Of a stretch of DNA of 64,000 nt, positions 35,162 through 48,149 are shown piece by piece. Source of the stretch: Lama glama (taxonomy: Eukaryota); NCBI GenBank assembly GCA_028534125.1, contig CM052823.1:3348001-3412000 (forward strand). Reading direction: 5' to 3'. Position numbers and translations under genes: made by a program. Below the pieces are notes generated by a model. It saw only the letters and a program-made list of their open reading frames with translations. It was not told the origin of the DNA and searched no databases. The stretch's first letter is position 1. Every line of letters begins with the position of its first letter.

Positions 35162-36325
35162 TTCAGGTACCGTGGAAAGGGCTGATGTCAGAACCGGAGT
35201 CTCTTTCCGCTCGTTAGCATCGCCTTCAGGAAGCCCTCGAAGCTGGATGCATTACTGAGAAGAGGCCACCAAGCACCGTCTGCTACAGGTGCAGTGGATG
35301 CAGCACAGAGAAACCCCTCAAGGACCCGGAGTGGAGATGATGCCGGAATGAGCGCTATGCCTGACACTCAGTATTGCCTACAAGAAGCCCCCCAAGGTGC
35401 TTCTGCTGGTATGAAAAGGTGGCCCAAGGGACATGCGTTGTCAGTAAGACGTGCGCGGCGTGGTCAGCCTCTACTGAACATCTCTGAGCGGTCCCGGGGC
35501 CAGAGTGGGTACTGGGTCTCCAGGGGCTGACGCAACCTCCCCGGAGACCTCGAAGGCTGGATTCTATACTGGAAAGAAGTAGACCACATTACAGACGCTG
35601 TTAATAAAACACATGCAGCGCGGCTGAGCCCTTTCCAGGTACCGTGAGGTCGTCGCGGACGCCAGGACCAGTGCTCCGACTCGGCTCTCAGGCTGGCAGC
35701 CCGCAGCAGGCTCTCCGAGGCTGGGCTGGAGCTGGGGAGGACGTGGGCCGGGAGCGGGCAGCACCATGCGTGCGCCCGGTGGGGCCAGTCAGATCTTCGT
35801 GGAGGAGCAACGCTGAGTCCAGAGCCAGGGCGTCTTCCCCGAGAAGACTAAACTTGATATGGAAAAAAGATAGACTGCACACGCACCAGCAACGAAAAGG
35901 CGAGTCAGTGTGTCTTCAAGCACCCGGAGCGGCACCGGCCGGGGCGCGCCCGACCTGCCTCCGCGCGGGCGCGCGGCCCCGAGGCCACCCGAGGACGGCC
36001 TAGAGGATGACGAGCGCGAGAACGTGTGACGTCGCTCCTTCGTGAACGCTGGCGGCGCTGACCGCCATTCTTCATGTATCCCGGGGGGAGGGGCCGCGGG
36101 GAAGCAGGACACCTTCCCAGAGGTGGTCTCTGTCCTAGGGCTGCCCTCGGAGGCTGCACCGGACACTGAGGAGAAGACCGTGCTGCAAGCACTAACAGAT
36201 TAAGTACACATGTAACAGTCTACCACTCTGCCAAGTCCCACGGAGCGGGGAGGATGCTGAGGCCGGCGTCGCTTCCGTGGCTTCAGGCTCTCTCCGGGAC
36301 GGTTTGGATGGCTGGGCTGGATACC

Positions 36326-36388
36326 AAGAAGCGGTTTACCGTCCCACATACATACTCAAAATGTATGTGGGACGGTAAACCATTTCTT
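36326..36388 (-). ncRNA. MIR299: pre-miR-299
   Basis: 5p UGGUUUACCGUCCCACAUACAU at 36361-36382; 3p UAUGUGGGACGGUAAACCGCUU at 36329-36350. Confidence 0.98.
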
Positions 36389-36774
36389 CAAGCACCGCAC
36401 GGTGATGGCAGGGGTGGCCGGAGGAGGCTCGCGTCCGCCGAGCTGGCGCAGGGGCCTCTTCGAGGGTGTATTTGATGCTGAGAAGCAGCAGGTCATGGCG
36501 GACACTAGACAAGAGCAGTGCAGTCGGCCTTGTCATGGAATGCCACAGAGCAGCACTGGTCCCAGAAAGAGAGTCAAGGCCTCCTCCCCAGAGGTGGCGA
36601 GACTTCCCGAGGCAGGACTTGGCATAGGAGTGAGAGTGTGTCATTTCTCGTCATGCAGAAAAGAACATGCCACACAGAAAACCGTCTCTTCAAGGGTCAC
36701 GGAGAGGCCTGGCGCTGGGTCCAAGGGCACCTCCCCGAAGACGGCGTCGTTTCCAGGAGCCTCGAGGATGGATT

Positions 36775-36856
36775 TGATACTGAGGGTTAGTGGACCGTGT
36801 TACATACGTCACAGATAAAGCGTACGCTATACGGTCTACTATCTCTCCAAGTACCA
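36775..36856 (-). ncRNA. MIR411: pre-miR-411(a)
   Basis: 5p UAGUAGACCGUAUAGCGUACG at 36821-36841; 3p UAUGUAACACGGUCCACUAACC at 36785-36806. Confidence 0.98.
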
Positions 36857-38036
36857 CACAGGGACACCGAGGACAGAGGCTGAGGACGCGTCCAGAAAGC
36901 CTTCCCGAGCTGGGGGAAATCAGAGGGCAGGTCGGGCACAATACATGCATCATGCGACAAAGCACACACAGGCTAGGAGTCTTGTCTCCACTGTCAGGAG
37001 CTGCCGCGGCCGCTGGAACTAGTGGCTTATCCTCAAAGCCAGTAACTCCTCCAGGAAGCCCTCCAAGGCTGCGAGTCCCACTGAGCAGAAGTGGACGAGG
37101 TTCTGGATCTCATCGCTCCAGAAATACTGATTAAGTGCCTACTGGGTGCCGGGCACCACACTGGCTCTGAGGGAACGGGTAGCTGGGCACAGCAGGAGAG
37201 GGGCATGGCATGTGGTTGACAGAGCCAGGTGAGGGGGGAGTAGTGAGCAAAACGAGAAATACAAGATGGCCTGTGTGCAGCCAAAACAGAACGCCCGTCT
37301 AGCGGACCAACAGGCCAAGCAGACAGTCTCAGGGCACGTGAAGCCCAGGTCGTGAGCCTGTTTTGAGCATAAAAGAAAACACCGTGCCACAAGGCAGGAC
37401 TGACGGCCATCTCTGCCTCGACTCCAGGGGCATCTCCGGGAGGCCCTCCGAGGCCGGATGGGATCTGAGCAGTAACCGCCAATTGCCATCTTCGTGAACA
37501 AAGCAGCTGTCACTCTGGCCAATGGCTCCCTAAGGTCAGAGGCTCCACCTCACCCCCTGTCTTGGCATGGCCTCCAGGAAACCTCTGAGACCATGTGTGA
37601 TATCGGTCGGAGCGACGTTTGGACAGGCACAGGCACTGCGACACGGGAGGGACCTCTTTCGCACCACAGAGCGTGACGGGGGCCGGCCTGGCGGGTCTCC
37701 CTGACGGTAGCGTCGGTGCCATGAAGCCCTCCAGAGCTGGCCGGGCTACTGGGAGGCGGCGGACCGCATCACACAGGTCCTTTTGCGTGCATATGCTACA
37801 CGGCAAACCATCTCTTCAAGTACCACAGCTGAGGCTGGAGCTGGTGTCTCCCCCAGGTTGCACTGCCTCCAGAAAAACCCCCAGTGGGTGCATTTAATAG
37901 GCCTCGTTGCAAGATTCGAGCATCAAACACGGGCCACAGGAATGACCACGGAGCAGGGCCGGAGCTAAACCCAGTGTTCTCTTCCCTCACGTCGGCAACA
38001 CCTCCGGGGTGCCCTCCGAGGATGGATTGGATACTG

Positions 38037-38103
38037 AGAGTTAGTGGACCATGTTACATAGGTCAAAAATCACAAAGCCTACGTTCCATAGTCTACCATC
38101 TCT
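38037..38103 (-). ncRNA. MIR379: pre-miR-379, first member of the cluster
   Basis: 5p UGGUAGACUAUGGAACGUAGG at 38078-38098; 3p UAUGUAACAUGGUCCACUAACU at 38039-38060. Confidence 0.98.
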
Positions 38104-39009
38104 TCAGGAACCATGGAGTGGTGCTGACCCCAGGCCCAGGGCTTGTCCCTGAAGTTGGTGTTGCTTCCAGGCTTCCAGGAAGCCTTCTGAGGCCTGATTT
38201 GGCAATGGGAAGCAGGCACGTGGTGAGCATCAACTGAGCCCCTCAAGTGTTGGGGGGCAGCTCTGATAGGGAAGACGCGCCTCCACCCTGAAGCAGCATC
38301 TCCCCTAGGAAGGCCATGCCCCCTCGGAAAGGTCGAGAAGAGGCAAACCATGCTACACCGACCATGCTCTGGCCATTCCATGGTCAACTATCCCTCAGTC
38401 ATGCTGAAGGCCAGTGGTTTGCTCTGCATGGCAGACTGGGAAGCTCATATGTGAAAGGGGGACCCTCAACTTCTGGGTGACGACCAGCCCAGGCTCACCC
38501 AAGCTCTGCCAGCCCTCACCACACACCACACCCGCCTTGGATACTCCAGCCACAGAGCTGAGGGGGCGGTGGCCTCTTCCAGATCATGCTCAACACCCAC
38601 CTCCTCACAGAGGTCTCCCTTGGGTCTCTCCATCCTCTCCTGTAGCTCAATGGTCAATACCAGGCCCCAACCCACGAACGGCAGCCACAGCCTCAAGGTA
38701 GGTCAGTCTCCAAGGAAAGGGCAAAGACGGGACCCCGGGCAGCACGATGAGGGCACGGCTGTCCTCCAGCCTTCAAGCCCACGGCAGGGCAGTCAGCCCC
38801 TTGCTCACTATCTGGCTGTTGAGGACCAGACTCCTCAGAACAGCATTCAGGGCTTCTTCAGCCTTCATCCCCAAACTCTTCCCTGCTCTCTGAGCCCTGG
38901 CACTGCCTCTGCCAACTCAAGCCTTTGCATCTCCCCTGACCCTCCACAGCACCCTCCCTGTGTCCTTCCTCCATCTCCATCACATCTTCCATCTTGTCAC
39001 ACATAGAAA

Positions 39010-40320
39010 TATGCCCGTATTTATTAAAAACTCATGAGAAGCTGGAGCTGGAGTTGTGAATAAACATGGTCTCTGTCCTGCTGTAGCTCCAGCTTAGCAG
39101 GGGAGACTCACATTATTACAGAACATTGATTTCAAAATGGAAAGGGGCCAAAGTGCTGGGAAGGAACAGGGAAGAAGATCTGACCAATCCGGGGGGAGGT
39201 TTTCAGAAGAAGTGTAAAGTGAAAGATGAAGGATGAAACTAAGCTGGGAAGAGAGGGGCCAAGAGAAGATAAGGCAGGGTTGAAGCAGAGGAATGGATGG
39301 AGCATGGACTGGAGTTAGCATGAAACAAACGGAGCAAGGACCAGATGGAGCAAGGACCAGATTGATGGCTCATGGAAGAGATGGAGCAGGAACCAGATAG
39401 ATGGCTCATGGGCCAGACAGGTGGAGCATAGTCTGGATGGCACATGGTCTGGATACAGCATGGTAACCAAAAGAGCATCTACATGAATGGAACATGGAGA
39501 ACCAGAAATGTGCCAGAAATGATGCTGAGGAGCTGGGTGGGGATTAGATCATTAAGAAACTTACAGCAAAGGTTAAAGATGACAACAGATTTTATGCTCA
39601 AGGTGAGGGAAAGCCCTATTAGTCAATAAAGGACTTGAGCTCCCTGTTTTTAAAAGGTATCTCTTGTGGACGTGAAAAGAAACTGTTGGGGGTAAAAGTG
39701 AGGACACGGAGAAAGAGTACAGGAGTCCGCAAAGGGAGAGTGACACCCCGGACAGTGTAGGAACCACGGAAATGGCAAAAAGTGAGCATGCTTGGGATTC
39801 GTTACGAAGCTGATCATGGGAGACTTGGGAAGGTCTCAGATGTGGGTTAGAAGTGGGAAGCAAGAAGAAAATGTCAAGGCTCCTTGTGATGGAAGCCAGG
39901 AGAGAGCGGCACCACCCTCTCAGCCGGGGACAAGCAGACGAGGAACGAGCCTTGTTGGGGGGCAGGAGCTCTGTTTTGAGTGCACCGAGTTGGAAGTGCT
40001 GGTGAGAAGTGCTAGCAATTGGACGGAGGGCACTGGTGATCCTGACGAAGGCACTTTCAGTGGAGCAGTCGCGTCAGAAGTCAAACAGAAATGAGATACC
40101 AAGAAAGGCGGTCGCTAGACGGAGGAGGTGGAAGCCTGACATTTGTCAGATTCGAAGGACCACAGCGGGGTAAGAGCCAGTGGGGAGGCTCCGCGACAGG
40201 GGAGCTGACAAGGGGGGTGTGACTCCTTAGAAGCTGGAGGGATGGGTCCCAAGCCCAGATGGCGGGTTCCACTGGGTCAGTGGCAGGTCACTTCCACCAC
40301 TGGCCACAGGGAGACAGAAG
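39010..40320 (-). mobile_element. L2 LINE remnant containing a local minisatellite (39290-39460)
   Basis: 'tatttattaaaaactc...aacatggtctctgtcctgctgtagctc' then purine-rich L2-like sequence ('ctgttttgagtgcaccgagttggaagtgctggtgaga'). Confidence 0.7.
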
Positions 40321-41302
40321 CAAAGGGGCAGGGACACTGGTGGGAAGCTGCAGGGGTCCGTTTTGATGGCTTTTGTTTTCTCTATCTCCATGATGGGAGA
40401 AGTCACCCACGTCTCCCCGTGGTGTGGGAACTCCTCTGAGGTGGGAAGAGGGTCACTGGCCTTAACCTGGCATCCCCAGTGCCCAGCACCGGGTAGTCGA
40501 CAGAGCAGTTGGCAGAGAAAGAATGGACAACTCTCAGTGACAGAGATGGACCCCGAAAGTACCCTTGTCCTCCTGGATAAAGTGACACGTGTCCCCACTA
40601 GCCCTCTGGATCTCTAGAGAAGCGGGCGAGCCCAGCTTTCCCAGCCAGCCTCCCAGACGCGGACACCCAGCCTGATCTGAACATCTCCTGACTCCAGATG
40701 GCCGGTGGCCCTTCTTACTTCCCCAGGCCCCGGGCATTGCTCCACTCCCTCACCTGTCCACCTGCCCAGCCATTCTTCCAACTGCACATTGTTACCCACC
40801 CATCCACTTGCCACTCTTTCTCACAAACTCCTTCATGCACACATTTACCCCTCCGCCACTCACCCTTGTGCTGAGTCACCCACTCAACCTCTCAGACACT
40901 TAGCCGTGAACACACACGTGCTAGCAGGAGATCCGGGCCGAGGCAGAGGCTGCCGGGGGGCGACACTCAGTGTCCCTGCCTCCCAGGAGCTCTCAGTCTA
41001 GATGGGAGAAAAACGGACACCACCCACACACGGACATGTGATCATGCACGTGTACTGCGTGGTGAGTTCCAGGCTTCCACGATCTATAGTCCAGAAACGG
41101 TACGGGGTTTGCTGCTGCAGAGGGGACCTGCCCACGGGAAGCAGAGGGGCAAGCTGTTCCTCCCAAAGACGAGCGCACGGGGGCAGGGAAGGGGAGTAGA
41201 GGAGACGCAGTAAAACCCACGCATGTCTTAGTATTTGGGAGGGTATGCGCAGGAGGCGTGAGAAGAAACAGATACATCCTCAACTTAAAAATCACACAGA
41301 GA

Positions 41303-41438
41303 GGGGAGGGCATAGCTCAGTGGCAGAGTGAGCGCACAGCAGGCAGGAGGCCCTGAGTTCAATCCCCAGTCCTTCCATTAAAATAAATAAATAAATAAGC
41401 CAAGTTACTTCACCTCCCCCCAAAAAACAAACCAAAAA
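41303..41438 (+). mobile_element. tRNA-derived SINE, vic-1-like (camelid)
   Basis: GGGGAGGGCATAGCTCAGTGGCAGAG (A box), GAGTTCAATCCCC (B box), (TAAA)n tail, imperfect TSD aaaatcacacagag/aaaattacaccgag. Confidence 0.85.
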
Positions 41439-43099
41439 ATTACACCGAGGGCAAAGTGAGGAGAACACTATTTCACTTTTTTTTTTACCATAGTGAAATA
41501 CAAATATAAGCTTTTTTATTTTTACTTAGACATAAGCACTAACAGACTTAGAAATTAGCTGTATATGTTCTGAATCATCCGAGAAATTTTTAAAAAATAT
41601 ATATAGTCTATATAATGTAATAAAAGATAGCAGTAAAGAAAAAATGATGAAAAATAAAACAAGCATTAAGTGCAATTTTTTAACGTTCAAACAAGATAAT
41701 CCGGTGGGAGTGGGGAGAGATAAATGGTTTATACACCCTTAAAAGGGGGAGTTTTCAATTCAAGTCAAAATCCTCAAATCCAGCCATGTGGTATTTACTT
41801 GAGGCACACTTTAAATAAATTAACTCAAAAAAACTCGAATCCCAGGGATGGGCACCGATAACTAGGACTCAGTCTTCATGTGTCTGACTCTCAGGCAGCC
41901 CACACAATCGCGCACTGACATCTCAGAGACCACGGAATTTACACAGCAGCCGCCTGCCAGCAATCAGCTCCCTATCAACGGTATCCCCCGTCTCGCATAC
42001 ACAGCAATTTGTTCCATTTGTTTGCGCAATTGCTTAAAGATCTCAGTGCAGAGTCCTTCAAAGGGCACTCGGAGAGGCAGCCCTGTCACGGCTGGGATGG
42101 TGCCCACAGCTCAAGGTCTCCACCCATCTCCACACAGGGCAGCACTGATTTGATCTCTCTTTCTTATTGGGCTTCTGGGTAATATTCGGTCTGAATAAAG
42201 GGCTTGGCTGCATTTGAAAGCAGTATTTAATTACATTTTGCTCTTATTGTTTCATAAAAATAAGTGGAAAATGGAAAAATAAAATTGCTGATACCTGTGG
42301 TAAGAGCATAGATCTCATATACACTTAAGAAATTAAGACAAAGATGGAAGTCATTAGGTGAACCCAATGTGGCCAATCCTTGGCCTCAATAATTTAATTT
42401 TAGGCAGTCAGCTATGTGTTTGGAAAGAACAAAATTAAAGAACAACCATGGAATGCTAAAAATTGTCTGGAAAGGTACAGAATGTTGAGCTCTCGAGGAG
42501 CAGAATTCTTTGGAACATGCAAGTCTCAGGTTCAACTTTCAAACAAGACTCTGCCTTAAATAGAGACTTCCAGAAACAATTATATGAGAAGCAGGGCTAC
42601 GTAACTCAGGAACATAAGTGAAAATGAAGCAGAGGTGCTCCTGCAGTTTCAAGCACCCAAGAGCAAACTCATTAAACAGGTCGATGAAAACCACCTCTGA
42701 AGCCATAGCGATGATAGGACATTGACGAACACTGACATTAGGAACAAAACAGCATCAAAAATGGGGCAACAGGTGGAAAAACAGTTTCCGTGGCCCTCTC
42801 AGTCCTAAAGACATCAAATAGGCAAAAAGTAAATGACAAACATGCCTCAAATCTAGAGGCCAGCAACACCGTAACTTAGGAGAAAATGAGAAATAAAAAA
42901 TGCTTACTTCACCAATATTCGTTTACACCACCCAGAAAGCCCTAACCAATACAACAAAACAAAAATTAGATTAATGCTATGAATTATCAGAATGAGATTT
43001 AAACTATGGTTATTTATAGATTGCTTAATTCTTTACCAAGAATATCCAAAAGAATCAACTAAAAAGCTAGTGAAATGAAGTAACTTTACATTGAAATAT

Positions 43100-45660
43100 G
43101 TATCCTAAAAACAGGATGTACACCTTACTTTTAAAAGCCCATGAAACATTTACAAAAGTGTTTATATACGGCACAAAGAAGACACCCATAAATTCCCCAA
43201 AGCAGGTTTGTATGGACACATTTTCTAGCCACAATGAACTATGACCACAATTGAATAAAAAAGTACAAGCAGCAACACATGACCCAAATAAATTAGAAAT
43301 TAATAATAAGCTCTACTTTTGCACATTTAATTCAGTCATTTCTTCTAAGAGCAAGAAGAAATGGAAAGCGTAATTACAAATATTTAAAAATGTTGAAAAG
43401 ACAACATATTAAAGCTTACGACATGCAGTCAAAATTGCAACCAGAGGCAAATTCATACCATGAAATATTTTCATTATTAAAGAAGAATAGCATAAAAGGC
43501 ATAGGGACAGATCCAGGAAACAAGCTCAAGGAAAAAAGAAGGAAGGAATCAATAAAGATAAAGGCAAATATTGCTGAATTTGAACACACACACACAGTTG
43601 CATTGATAAATTATTCTAAGAACTGATTCTTTGAAAAACCTCTAAGATAGACACTCCTCTAACTCACATAATGAAAAAGAGATAAAGTACACATTCACAA
43701 AATTAAGAATGAAAAAGATGACATAAGCATAGAAATAGATAAACTTTTATTATAAAAATACTATTTATAACTCTATGCTAAGAAATATTTAAATCTCAGA
43801 AAAATAAATTATCTTCTAGGATTAACATTAGCTTTAAGAATCACTGAGCACTCACTACGTGGCAAACACAGTGCAAGGTACTCTACCTCTTTAGTCCTCA
43901 CAGTGGCCCTGTTAGCTACAGACTCTCATTTAACCATTTAACAAATGAGGAAACCAAGAATTAGGGAGAGGATACAGTTTTCCTGACGTCACATGAGAAA
44001 TGACAGAGCAAGATTTTGAACCCAAGTTGTATGATTCCAGAGCCTGCACATTTAAACACTGAGCTATATTAGAAAAAGAAGCAAACATTCTAAAGATGTA
44101 GAAAATCTAAGGAATCCAAAAAATACAGAAGAAATAGGAAAAATTGCCAAAGAATTATCCCATGAAAGTTATATGATTGAGTTCATTCAGGCTTTCACGG
44201 AATAGGTCACTTAAATGACATATATATGGTACAGAATATAGAAAAAAGATGGAATGTTCCCTAATTCATTTTACAAAGCCAGTGTATCTTTGATACCAAA
44301 TAAACAAAAAAGTGAATTTGAGAAGTCCTAAATGAAATACTAGAGAAGCAAATCACGTAGTATATTAAAAGAACAATATACCATAACCAGATAGAAGTTG
44401 ATCCAAAAATGTTTCAAAATTATGAAACATTATTATAATTCATTGCATCAATAGGTCAACAGAGAAAAACAATACATATATCTCCATATATATCAAAAAA
44501 GCATTTCATAAAATTCTAATTCCATTCCTGATTTTAATCATATATGAAGTAGAAACAAATATTTCATTAGCATTATAAAAAACACACAGCCTAAAAAATT
44601 TAACTGTTATCATACTTAACATAAGCCAGAAATGAGACAAAGATTTATGTTATCAACACTTTAATGTTTTGGAAGATCTAGCCAACACTATAAGACAAGA
44701 AAGAGAAATAGAAGAGAGAAAATATTTTTAAAATTTGCTATAATTAGATGGATTATAATAGATATGAATCACTTTTTACCCAGAAATTCCAAAACATTCA
44801 GCTAAAACTTGCAGAACATATGAGAAGATTCAATGAGACAACCAATAACAATAAAAATATAATCTCTTCTCTACAGACCAGTAGTAACCAGTTAGAAAAT
44901 ACAAGAGGAAACATTCACAATAGAAGCAATACTTAATTCCTTGAAATAAATTTAATGACAAATTGTGAATTTGTCAAATTTGACAAATTGTGAATATATG
45001 TAAACTGTAAAATATGCAAAGCCAAGTATCAAAAAAAACCCATTCTATTTCATTAACAATTTAAAAAATTCCACAGAAAATCTATAAAGAATGTTTTTAA
45101 TTTCACCACATCACTAAAATTCACCTGGAAGAATAAACAGTAAGACTAATCAAGAAAATCTTGAAAAATAAGAATAAATGAAGACTATTGTAATAATAAT
45201 ACATATTATAACAATACAGTGTATTACAACAAAGCAATACTAGCGTAAGAATGGACAGATTAATGGCATAACAGAAAGCCACAACAAGAATCAAAAACTA
45301 CAAAAGTATCTAGCATGTGGTAAACACGGAAATGGGGCATGTAATTGTTTCTCACAATAATTAAAGGATTAAAGATTGAATATAAAGATGAAATCATGAA
45401 AGAACTAGCAAAACACAAAAGTGATTGTATGAGCTCGGAGTGGGAAAGGTCTTTCAAAAAATTAGCGATAGATTTTTAGAACATAAATTTTTTAATAAAA
45501 AATTTAAAAGCCCCATGAACAAAATGGAATGATGAATGAAAAACAGGGTAAAAAACACTGGTAATATATGGGAAAAGAGTTACTATTCTTATTTTGAAAG
45601 GCCTTATAAAGTAAAAATTTTAAATACACCAATAGAGAAAAATAGGTAAATGATTTTCAG
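43100..45660 (+). mobile_element. Ancient L1M ORF2 remnant, frame-disrupted
   Basis: A-rich; 'cctaattcattttacaaagccagtgtatctttgatacca' encodes PNSFYKASVSLIP, like the L1 ORF2 PNSFYEASITLIPK motif; 'aaagcatttcataaaatt' is KAFDKI-like. Confidence 0.85.
43830..44065 (-). mobile_element. MIR SINE nested in L1
   Basis: 'ccatttaacaaatgaggaaaccaag...tttgaacccaagttgtatgattccagagcc'. Confidence 0.8.
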
Positions 45661-45679
45661 TTCAATATGGGAGGTTGAA

Positions 45680-48050
45680 TATAGATGTTCACCTGCCCTC
45701 TCTCTTGAAACTGTGCTACATGAAAGTGAAGAGATTTTCATTTTGAGCACAAGTGCACAGGGACACAGATGAGAGGAGGAGAGTGGTAGCTGACTCAGAG
45801 CTGGGGTTCCTAAGCTGGCAGTGAGGAAAGCTGGAATACAGCCTGCCATCTTCCACGGAACCACAGAAGCCTCAGGAGTTGACAGCACCAGGTGCCGCCA
45901 GGAAACTGGGGCCTGCATGAGGTAAATCAGCTAAACGTCTGTCAAAGACAGGTCCCAAAGCCTTCACCGCCAGGCAGACTTGCCCTAACCCTGAGAGGGG
46001 ACTGGAAGCGTGCTACACAGAGAAAGCAGAGCAGAGGCGACTGGGACAGAGATACAGGCTCAGCTGAGGGCAAGAGTTCTAAATTTAAAAGATGAAGAAG
46101 GCACGTGTTACAAGCTGGCTGTTGAGGCCAGCCCACCTCCCTCCACAAACCTCCCAGAGCACTGGAAGCTAGTAATACCCTAGGCTAGAAACTGAGAAAC
46201 CATCTTTGGAGCATCTGAGCAGTCTAAAAGGAAAAGATTTTAAAATGCTAAAACCTGGGGTTCCCCAGTGGAAAGACCAGTTAGCTCATTCGACAGTAAT
46301 GCCTGTAGCTCCCAAGGTCCAACCACATACTGAGATCTTCCAAGCAGCTCATTGGTGTATTTGCACATGTGCTTTATACACATATATCTCAGTATCATCT
46401 GTATATGCATCATCTCTATCCATGTATCTTTATGAACACAAAATTGAGGAAAGCACCTAACATAGAAGTTAGAGACACCCACACTTGGAAGGAAAAAAAA
46501 GCTTGGAGACTCTGTAAGAGAAAGAAAATTTCAGAAAACCTATTATTAATATTATCAAGAATATCAAAGAAGCAACTGCATCCATGAAACAAAATGTTAT
46601 AAAATAATACTTAGGGTATAACAAAAAATCTTGAAAATCAGAGATTGCAGAAGTGAAAGCGGTCAAAAGAGGAAGACAGTGAAACCTCTCAGGAAGAGAA
46701 CAAGGAAACTAAGAGATGAAAATCAGAGGGAAAATATGTGAGTATTAGAGAAGCATTCAAAGAGATCAACATACAAACAAGGCAAGTTCTAGAAAGAGAA
46801 AACACATGGGAGGACACGAACCAAGGAATTGTTCAGGAAACATTTCCACAGCTGAAGGACCCAAGACTTCAGATCAAAAGGGCCTTGCAAAACGAACATA
46901 GATCCAAATCCAGACACATACACATAAAATTTAAAGTACAGAAGACAACAAGAAAACACTACAATTTCTAGAAAGGGAGAGGAGGTAGATCACATACAAG
47001 GGATGAGGAATCACAAAGTTTTCAGACTTCTCATCAACTATGCTAGAATTTAGAAGACAATTATTTATGCTTCCAAATCTGGGGGTGCAGGGCAGAAAAG
47101 ATTACCAACTAGAATTCTACACCCAGCCAAACTATCAATGCCAGTGAGGACTAGACATTTTTCCTTCTCATATGTGAAAGGTTTCCAAAAATTTACCTTC
47201 CATGAATCCTTTCTCAGGAAACGTCTAGAGGATGCACGTTAGCAAAACAAGGGAATAAACAAAAAAGAGGGTAACACAGGATTTACAAAATCAGGGATCC
47301 AACCAAGATGAGATGGTTAAGGAAATCCCCAGGGGAAAGAACGAGAAGGAGACCCTAAGATAAGGGCAGGAAGCCCAATGGTCAACCAATCCAGGCAGGA
47401 AGGCTCCAGGAAGAGTTTTCCTCAGAAAGATAAAACACATTAAATAAAAACAAGAAACACTAATATGTCTGAACGTATTGAGAGGCTTTGGCTAAATCTT
47501 TGATAAATTCATTAAAAACTAACACACCAATCAAAGAGAGAAGAAAAAAAGAAACAAACAACAAGACAGTTACTAACTCCAGAGAAAACAGAAGGCTATA
47601 AGGAGAAGTAAATAATCATATGCTGTTGTTCAGCCGTCAAGGGTGTTAACACTGCTACAATAATGTAAACACTGAATATTGATCAAACCAAAACTGTGAA
47701 CTAAATATACTGAAAGGATGAGAGACAGGACTACTCTTGTGTGTGCTGAGGCCAAGGGCACTTGTGAAAGAAAGTCAAATCTTCCTCTTCTGTGGCTGAA
47801 AAGGCAAGATAATGCCTAAGCTAAAAAATGTGTTGAGAAGTAGAAAAATAAGAATGTTACTTAGAAAAATGGATATAAGTGTCAAAAGAATCAGTTAAAA
47901 GAATTAAAAGCTATTGTTTCTGTGGAGCAGACTATAGGGTTGGAGCAGGGAAGGCTGGAAGACTTGAGGCTCCTACCGAATCTTGTAAAACTATTTGACT
48001 TTTAAAATGATGCATACGCATGACTTTGACAAAAATAAAATTAAATGAAA
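45680..48050 (+). mobile_element. HAL1 / L1ME ORF1-like remnant
   Basis: 'aactagaattctacacccagccaaactatca' and 'aaaatttaccttccatgaatcctttctcaggaaacgtctagaggatg' are HAL1-like. Confidence 0.75.
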
Positions 48051-48149
48051 AATGGGAAGAACCCAAACTGGCAACTCAGATACAAAGAACCAGTAAAGGC
48101 ACAGTGGGGAAGCTCTTATCACGAGTAATAAGAACTGGAAGTGAAAAGA

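Larger units (their letters stand above)
1131..38103 (-). other. miR-379/miR-410 imprinted miRNA cluster of the DLK1-DIO3 domain (part, miR-379 to miR-377)
   Basis: More than 30 hairpins whose mature arms match known cluster members, all on the minus strand and in the human order. Confidence 0.98.
1000..38400 (-). repeat. Decayed tandem lattice (~155-160 bp unit) underlying the miRNA cluster
   Basis: Recurrent plus-strand motif like 'tccctgaagttggc...ctccaggaagccctcc.aggcaggatttgatactga' and 'tctcttcaagtaccac'; anchors at 34400, 34558, 34932, 35092, 35251, 35565, 36162, 36320, 36474, 36776. Confidence 0.9.

Noticed and set aside
34100-38400. CRISPR-like repeat/spacer periodicity
   Set aside because: Mammalian DNA with highly degenerate ~158-bp units that contain miRNA hairpins; no cas genes
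41303-41375. tRNA gene
   Set aside because: The A-rich tail, TSD and a poorly paired acceptor stem indicate a SINE
43010-43770. MEF2-like sites (ttatttatag, ctatttataa) as the known activity-dependent regulator of the cluster
   Set aside because: They lie in AT-rich L1-associated sequence where chance matches are expected
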